A stretch of 57,444 nucleotides of DNA, counting the filler, from Sphacelaria rigidula (lineage: Eukaryota), in NCBI GenBank assembly GCA_964200075.2. It is 7 parts of 7 records of this genome, joined end to end, with 100 filler letters (N's around TTAATTAATTAA, not from the genome) between each part and the next. Parts side by side here need not be neighbours in the genome. Positions count along the whole stretch, not along the records: positions 49,325 to 57,444 come from CAXNAA020012225.1; 6 more parts are not named here. One strand, given 5' to 3'. The notes beneath the pieces were generated by a model, which worked only from the letters and a program-made list of their open reading frames with translations, was not told the origin of the DNA and made no database searches. The position numbers were made by a program, and so were the translations under genes. Of the stretch, positions 50,062 through 57,444 are shown one piece after another. The number at the start of each line of letters is the position of its first letter. Position 1 is the first letter of the stretch.

Positions 50062-51235
50062 ATGTACGCGGCGCAGAACGCGGGTGCGAAAGAGTCCGAG
50101 TCGGCACAAGCGCAGCCACCCGGGGAGGACTCCCGCTCAGTAGAAGGTTCACCGACTCAAGACTTCGGACAAGATGAAGTCCACGAGGGGGACCGCTAGG
50201 CTGTGGGTGGAAGGTTTCTTGAAAAAATATACTCGCGGTCACCTTCCTGACTTTGCAATACGTAGGCTGTGCCTCAAACAACAGCGTTGGACGGGCGCCG
50301 AGATCAAATACGGGAAGAACAAAGCATCCGGAAACCTCCTCACACATGTCGAAACTACCTTACTGGAGGGGCACAAGGATGCTCGGCGAGTGTGCAAGGG
50401 GTTGCCACCAGCGGATCCAGCAGAAACAGCAGGACCAGCAGAAACACCAAGCAAAACGGTCAAAAGCGATGGAGCAAACACCACTATGCAGTCGGCGCTT
50501 ACCCAATCCTTCAAGTTTGAAGCTCCGTCCGCAACGCGGGAACTCTGCAAAATGATCGTGATGGAGTATCTCCCGCTGTCGGTAAGTCGTGCCGCCAATT
50601 TTCAATCTTCAATTTTGTACGATGTAAGCAAAAGAAAAAGTTGCAACTCAAGTATCACCACAATCTGGACTGCACTGTACTCTACTGTACTGATTGTTGT
50701 AGTGTTGTACTATTCCCTGTATTGTTTTACGGTACTGATTGTTGTACTGTTGTACTCATTACTGTATCACTGTTCTGTACTGGCGTGCTGACTGTTGGCT
50801 GTTGGTGTGCTTGTGATGTGCTGTGTTTTTTCCAGCACAGCTGACAGTAGAGACAGTACAGTAGAAAATATGTAGGGTAGGGTGCAGGACGACTACAACG
50901 TTTTGATATCGTGTATGTTTGTTTTGTCCAGGTAAGGGCGTTCAGAGGAGTCACGGGCTTCAGCATGCTGAAGAGCGAACCCCTGAATGAGGGCGACCCT
51001 ATCGTGTTCCATGACCCGCCGCCTTGGTGGAAACTTCATGCACGCAGCTTCTCATCATTGGCAAGAGTAGCTCGTCGTGTGCTCGCCATTCCTGCCAACT
51101 CTGCTTAATCTGAACGGCTTTTTCCCGTCGCTGGGCACACAGTAACCAAAAAGTGGGTCTTTCTCCCGGCGACAAGGTTGAGCTTCTGGTTTTCTTCCGG
51201 GCGGTGTGGCCTACACTAGACGCATGGGCTGCATA
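50062..51235 (+). pseudogene. Internally deleted hAT transposase (BED-finger region plus dimerisation domain)
   Basis: BED-like AIRRLCLKQQ..IKYG..SGNLLTHV..H and hATC-like DPPPWWKLHARSFSSLARVARRVLAIPANSA*SERLF.VAG.TVT. Contains a stop and frameshifts, and no DDE core. Confidence 0.8.
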
Positions 51236-51829
51236 GAAAAAAAAGCGTGCCACAGGCAATGTTCTGGCTAGTAGCAGTGTCAGTACTACGCGCTTACGTT
51301 ATGGACTTTGTGCAAGTACTGTCTCCAATTTGACTGTCAGGGGGGTCTTACAAGTTCATCGGAGTAGTGCTTTCGTTCTTGCAGTGTCTTATTTCGGGAT
51401 ATTTCTTAGTCCGGCGTCGCTGCTAGCTTTTCGTCAGATAGTGCGTTTCATTGCTCTTGCCTTTGTCCTCTCTTGTCTTCCTTTGTCCTGTGACCACGGC
51501 CGAGTGCGCAGCGAATCAGTGAATACATTTCGGGAAATCAAAAAATCAATTAACTCTCTGCATCTTGTGTATCTGCGCCTGTGCACCGTGTCACCGCCTT
51601 TTGACACCAACTCAGCGATCGCTAATTAACCGCCTTCTTGCTGAAGAATATTTCCGCTGTCGACGTCAGGCGGTGCGCAGCACACCCCCGGTGCTCTGCT
51701 ACGTTACCTGTTTCAAACTCGCGGTCAGCCTTCACCATCGATGGCTCGTACTTCAGTTTTAGTTTTTTCGATCAAACCAGGCAGCAGCGCGGAGAAAACT
51801 TTCGGACAGGTAGGCCCCCCGCCCCGCCC

Positions 51830-52222
51830 CCCCGGAGGACATTTTTTCGAAAATTGACATAATGTTTCGATTCTTTTTGTCAACTTCGTCGCAAGAAGTT
51901 GATCAAGAAACACCGTCTTGTTTTTTTCTGTTATTTTTTGGTACAAGAATTTGATCAATGAACACTGACAAAAACCGAAAAGTCTGGTGGGCTTTGCGGG
52001 GTTCGTATATCTGCTTCTGCTCCTTGCCCGCTCTGTCCAGATGACCTCAGATGCCGGAGGGCATTTTTTCGAAAAAGTTTGTTCAGAATTTTTCTTCGTT
52101 AATTTTGTTGCAAGAAATTGACCAATAAACATTGACCGAAACAGAAAGATCTGGTGGGCTTTGCGGGGTATATATATTTGCTTCTGCCCCTTGCCCGCTC
52201 TGCCCCGATGGCCTCAGGTCTC
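51830..52222. repeat. Two degenerate tandem units of about 170-200 bp, probably transposon subterminal sequence
   Basis: ccggagg.cattttttcgaaaa and tctggtgggctttgcgggg..tatat.tgcttctgc.ccttgcccgctctg each occur twice. Confidence 0.7.
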
Positions 52223-52512
52223 TATGCCAAGGATCTCTGTCCACGGCAGCAGACCGCATCCACCAACGCTCCGGCAATAAACCAGGGGACAGATGGCCGG
52301 GTGTCCCCACCCCCGCCCCCCTCACAAACTCAATTTTTCGATCTTGGGGCCTAGGTGTCCAGATTTTCTTTTTACGGTGCCCCTTGGCTGGCGATATATT
52401 ATTATATATCGACGTGTAGCTGTAAGCGCACGCCAGATTTACAGGCAAAGAAAAGCACACAAAATGAAAACATAATGGTCGAGTTAAATAAGCGAGTGAG
52501 TGATGAAACCCA

Positions 52513-53194
52513 CACACGCGGCCATTCGGCTACCCCCAAAATTCCTCCTGGGCGGTCAACTTTTCGAGCCTCCAGAGGAATTAAACGCCTCCGGAGGGGT
52601 GCCCGGCTCTCCAGAGGAGTATTTTTGGTTTTCTCCAGAGGGATTATACGCCTCCACAGGCTTGTTTTTGCTTCTTGGGTGCAGAAGGTCTTCCTGAAGT
52701 TTCAGCTCAAGAGTCAGTCGTCGAATTGGGCGGTGCGTTCAACATTTTCCGTGACGCTGCTGCACCCCTATAAATCAAGCGATGGGAGATGTGCGTGTAG
52801 AGTGCGCCGCTCCTCTTCACATCGTCAGGAAACGCCATCAGCACACGGTTATGAAGCGCCAGCAGACAGGCGTGAAAGGATGAGGACGGCCAAAGTGTGT
52901 ATATATCGCGCTACAGTATACCAAATACAAACGTCCGCCGCTGGGGGTTGAAGCGGTAGATGGAGCAATATCAATGTTGATATTGTCAATCTGCTGCAAT
53001 TTCTGGAGGACCGCGCATCCCTCCGAGGGCATTTTGTTATCCCCAAATTCCTCCGGAGGGGTGCGCGGCCCTCCAGGGCGGTAATGCTTGGTCTCCTCCA
53101 GAGGGGATGAAGGCCTCCGGAGGCTCGTTTTGCCTCTGGAGGGCAGCATATCCCTCTGGAGGCATTTTGGGGGGTAGCCAAATGGCCGCGTGTG
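52513..53194. mobile_element. Non-autonomous TIR element with CAC...GTG ends and a 2-bp TSD (CMC/EnSpm-like), carrying a nested insert
   Basis: About 36-bp TIR: cacacgcggccattcggctacccccaaaattcctcc versus ggaggcattttggggggtagccaaatggccgcgtgtg. Flanked by ca on both sides, with many CCTCC.GAGG subterminal motifs. Confidence 0.8.
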
Positions 53195-53694
53195 CACTCT
53201 CAGTCAACGCTCTGGTTCTATACATAGTCTCAATCTCACGAAAACATCGTTACGTGTGAAATCCCTACTTGTGTGTTGCTCTCATACCAGAGCCAGGAAT
53301 ATTAGCCTAGAAAGAGCTCTTGCGCTGTTCTGCAGCACTCCGTGGTTGGTTACTCGTACAATACAGTACAAGCTATATACGCGATCAACACATCACGCGT
53401 AGATACAAGTACATACTATACACCACACCACACGAGGAAAAAAAAACTAAATGTCCTCCCACCATGCGCCCACCAAAGCTGATACTTCAATACGACCACT
53501 GACTGCACTTGTCGTTCGTTACGCTCATGCATGCAGCAACAGCTTTTCTTGTGTACCGCTCACATGGCAGCGCCAGGAGCGTCCTCAACTCGGGGTGGTG
53601 GCGGGAGCTTTCTCGCTGTGATGCAGCACTCGGTCGAAAGTGACTGACTGCGGTACACTTGTCACGAGCAAAAATAAAATGAAGACAAATTTTC

Positions 53695-53767
53695 TGTTCC
53701 TGGCGGGACTTGAACCCGCAACTTTCGGCTCATAAGACCGACACTCTAACCATTGAGTTACAGGAAC
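53695..53767 (-). tRNA. trnI-UAU: tRNA-Ile (anticodon UAU), intronless
   Basis: GTTCCTG TA ACTC AATGGTTA GAGT G TCGGT CTTATGA GCCGA AAGTT GCGGG TTCAAGT CCCGC CAGGAAC A: a full 73-nt cloverleaf with a T-run terminator about 15 nt downstream. Confidence 0.95.
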
Positions 53768-56700
53768 ACGTACCGGCGCGGATGATCAGCACATATAAAT
53801 AACGAAACTGTGGAATTAGGCCGCCAAGTCGTCAACACGGACGATGTGTTCGCCTAGGGGCCACGTGCAGCAGTTGGATGGGGTATACTCTGGTGTGCAG
53901 TAAATGGTTTTTTCATAACTTACTGTACTGCTATCTGTACAAACGATCAGCGACGCATACGCCTCTACAGCGCAGCATAGGCAGTACAATCCAGCGAGGA
54001 CAGTATGGTAATAGAACATATGCATGTGAGATGTCGCCAACCAGGGCCACGTTCACGTTCAATTGCAGGGGTTATGACAGCATGTTATATGCTGTCATAA
54101 TGACCCCTGCTGTTTCTCGTCACAACACTTCGATCGGGAAAAAACTGAATGATGCGGCGGCGTTTGCTTGGATCTTGGTGCGATCTCCACAATAATATTA
54201 CAACATGGGATACCAGATGAATGGAAGTCTGGTGACTACTACTACTGTCAGTTGGTGCACTACAACTGTATGTACTACACTACGTGGATACGCTGTTCGT
54301 GCTGTGTAGACTCCACTATATCGCTGCTGCAATGTGGGCAGCCAGTCGGGTGCTTGTGTCATTGGTATCTCGCTCGAACAAACAAGTCGCAATCAGGTGT
54401 CGTTACATCGTCGGATCATGTATCTATCGCAGTGAACGATCATGAAAACGTCCCACAAGTTATAGATTGGATAGCTGCTGCTGCTCTTCCTGCTCGTTAT
54501 TCCCAACGCTCCAAATCCTAGACAAGATGGCGAATTCTCTATGTGTCATCATCGCGGTCGTCTACGGTGTGCTTATGTCGTCACCCTGTCTCTGCACGGA
54601 GGCCGTGTGTGTGTGTATGTGGGTGCGGTTCGGCCGTTGCGTGCGGTCAGCAGTGCTGCAGCCGTCACAGCTCTTCTAGCTGCACCACGACGCTCGTTGG
54701 AGAACAAACTTAGCCTACGTACGTACTCACCAGCAGTGCGTCAGACTGATGCTGCGATAGCCCCGCCCCAGAAAAGTGGCTCGTATGAGGAGGCAGCATC
54801 CACATGTGGCTCAAAATGACAAAAAAAAAAACGAGCACGTCAAGCACATGGGAGCTCCCACGCTTGTTACCGTTTGGGTCAAGATGTCGCCGAAATGAGG
54901 CGCTTCATGGACTCTGAAGCCAGCTATTGTGCGCTGTATGGACATTTTCTTCGTGACAGTTTTGGGGGGGGTTATCGTGCATCACTCATCAGTCCATAAT
55001 ATGCGCTGCTTGGCCTCGGATAGACGTGTGTCGATCTCCACGTGCGCTTGGGTGTGTGCAGGGGTTTATAGCGGAACCCTATTACTGCACTACGTGGATT
55101 GGCAAATTTCATGCCTGAATATAAGGACACTGCAAACCCTCTCCCGTAAATCGAAGGCCTTAGGACGCCTCTAGGACATCCTGATAGCTTACTTAACCCT
55201 CAAGGCCGTTTTCATGACGCCGCAAACGGGCGCTATGCGGTGAATTGCTCACCCTGCCGCAGTGTGAACAACTGCTGCCGTGCCGCTTCTTTTGGTGACA
55301 TTCTCAATAACTTTTGTTGTGGACCAAGTCTGTCAACGGGATGTTGCGGCACTACCCTGAGGCCATGCAGCTACGTACCACTGTTGTGGTCCATCTGCAG
55401 TATCTTCAGCCATGGCTCCGTTGTTCTGTGCTGCTGCTGTAGATCCGGCTTGTTGGACCCATAATTCGAGAGTTTCCGCAGCAGCAGTGAAAACCCAGCA
55501 TAAAAGTGGTTACGCCGCGTTTTGCGACCGGTAAGGTGGTCCTGGAGAAGGCCGCTAATATGTCCATTTCACAGTGAAACACGCAGGGTGTACCACCTAG
55601 TATATTTTTCTCGCTTTTTGTATATAATTCAGCTACAAGAAGAAAGAGGGTACAGTGTCGTGTAGCAGTATATGATCACTTAGTTTTCTTCTACTAATTG
55701 TCACCACCTGCATTCGTGGCAGCTCTACAACAAAAAACGTCAACAACAGGCAAGCAATAAGGTACCACGTCTGCTGGGTCGCGTGAAACGTGCGAAAAAG
55801 ATACAGGCAAAGAAAAACCGAAGCCTCTCTCTTGATCGACGGCCGAGATTTTAGTCAAACACCGTAAAATTACCATCGTTATCGATCATACCTAGCACGC
55901 ACGCACGCACGAATGAGGCGTGGGCGGGGTTAGTCATTCTCCGCAAAAAAAGAAAAGAAAAAAGGCGACCCCACCAGGAAACCCCACCCCCCCCCCCCCC
56001 CCCCCCCGAAATCAAGATCGACCCAACAACATACTATTATTTTATACGTAGGTAGGGCAGAGCTTTCCCTTCAAAGAATGACAAAACGTATCCCCGCATC
56101 ATAATAATAGAGCAGCGTGGATATAGATTGATCCATGAGGCACGACGGCGGTTTCTATTTTATGACCTGTGTTTCGTGTCTTAATGTTTGCCTTGAATGA
56201 ACTCATACGCTAGAAGTCAAACCAAGATAACACCCCCACCCCTACTTGTGCCCAAAGCCGTCCATTCACAACCTCATTCCGCCCACTCAAGAGGGGGTGT
56301 CAGCAAACACGGGGCCATCTTCAGCAGTATCATGGGAAGGATCCCGTCAGAGGTACTATCGTCATCATCCAGTCCCAGCAATTGATACCTCCATGTCCTC
56401 TTCCAATCGTATTCAAAAGCCTCCCCGTTCACAGAAGGGCTGTACCATGTGCTCTCGAGAAAAAAACAAAAGAAGTGCATTTATTTTCCCCTCCTGTTTG
56501 TCTCAGCAAACTGGTCTCAATGGACCCGCGAGCTTGACCTACATATGGCGCTCTCAATACGTTACAAAACACGATGACATCGAGCAAAAAGTGCGGAGAA
56601 GGAAGGTACGGGGGAATAGAAGACAGGAACAATAGCCCATGAAGGGAAACGGAAACAGATCAAAAGAAGACGCGCTAAAACAAAAAAAAACAAAATAACG

Positions 56701-57444
56701 GTTGAGAAAACGCACACACACACACACACACATGAAACCAGACCCCGAACCGAACCAAAATCCCGTTTCAAAAAATACAGGTAGCAAGCAAGCGAGCGAG
56801 CGAGCAAGCAAGCACATTATTACATACGATATGCCCGCGTATCATACCTTTTGAGGGGAAAGAATCGGTTTAGAGATGGCACGAAACACGCCTACCGACA
56901 AAACTGTGTAGCAACGACAGCAAAGAAAGAAAAAAAAAGAAAGAAGCAACACAAATAAAAGCCATCACCTGGCGATAAAAACCACATCATTAAGGAATGC
57001 AACGCTCCCGTGACAGGAGGAAAAATATACGCACCATCACCCACCTACCTCCTCGTGCACTTGAGCACCGCGCCCCCTGCCGCCCTTTACCCCATCAAAC
57101 CCACACACTCCCCCAAGGGTAATCGGCCTTGCATCCTGTCATTCATCCCCGCGAGCCGCATCGCACCCTGCCGAAAACACTCGGATATATTTTTCGTTCG
57201 CGCTGCACTTCACACACCAGTGTTTGTTTCTCCGTAAAAATGTGACACTCAAGAAAAAAGGGGGGAAACAAAAGAAGAAGACGCAATGCACGGAAGCGCA
57301 ACGCGGAATCATGATCGGCGGCGGGAAAGAAAGATCGACCGCTCAAAAAAAAACGAAAAAAAGAGTTGAAACGCACAAACTCCCAGCAGACGGCAACATC
57401 ACAAGCAAAAAAAAAAAAAGATAAAAAAGTACCCGCGCCGTCAC

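Overview
Eukaryotic DNA, most likely from a brown alga (Phaeophyceae), inferred from an EsV-1-7 repeat gene, a multi-WSC gene and GT-AG genes with many introns. The window is not one locus. It is seven contigs of 8122, 8121, 8121, 8120, 8120, 8120 and 8120 bp, in descending size order, joined by identical 100-nt linkers (44N-TTAATTAATTAA-44N), so neighbourhood across linkers means nothing. Host genes: a complete 4-exon LRAT/NC-domain gene, a 14-repeat EsV-1-7 gene, the 3' nine exons of a GSDH/HIPL-like + 4xWSC gene, a probable first coding exon of a myosin, and tRNA-Ile(UAU). Much of the rest is transposon-derived: two related decayed Ty3/Gypsy elements, two hAT remnants, an Academ-like remnant, several MITEs/foldbacks and a tRNA-derived SINE. 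The most interesting signal is six 5'-truncated copies of a LINE-like 3' end that terminates in, or inserts at, a poly(C)/poly(G) tract rather than poly(A); one copy has an exact 16-bp target-site duplication. All family calls are by-eye motif recognition; no database searches were run.
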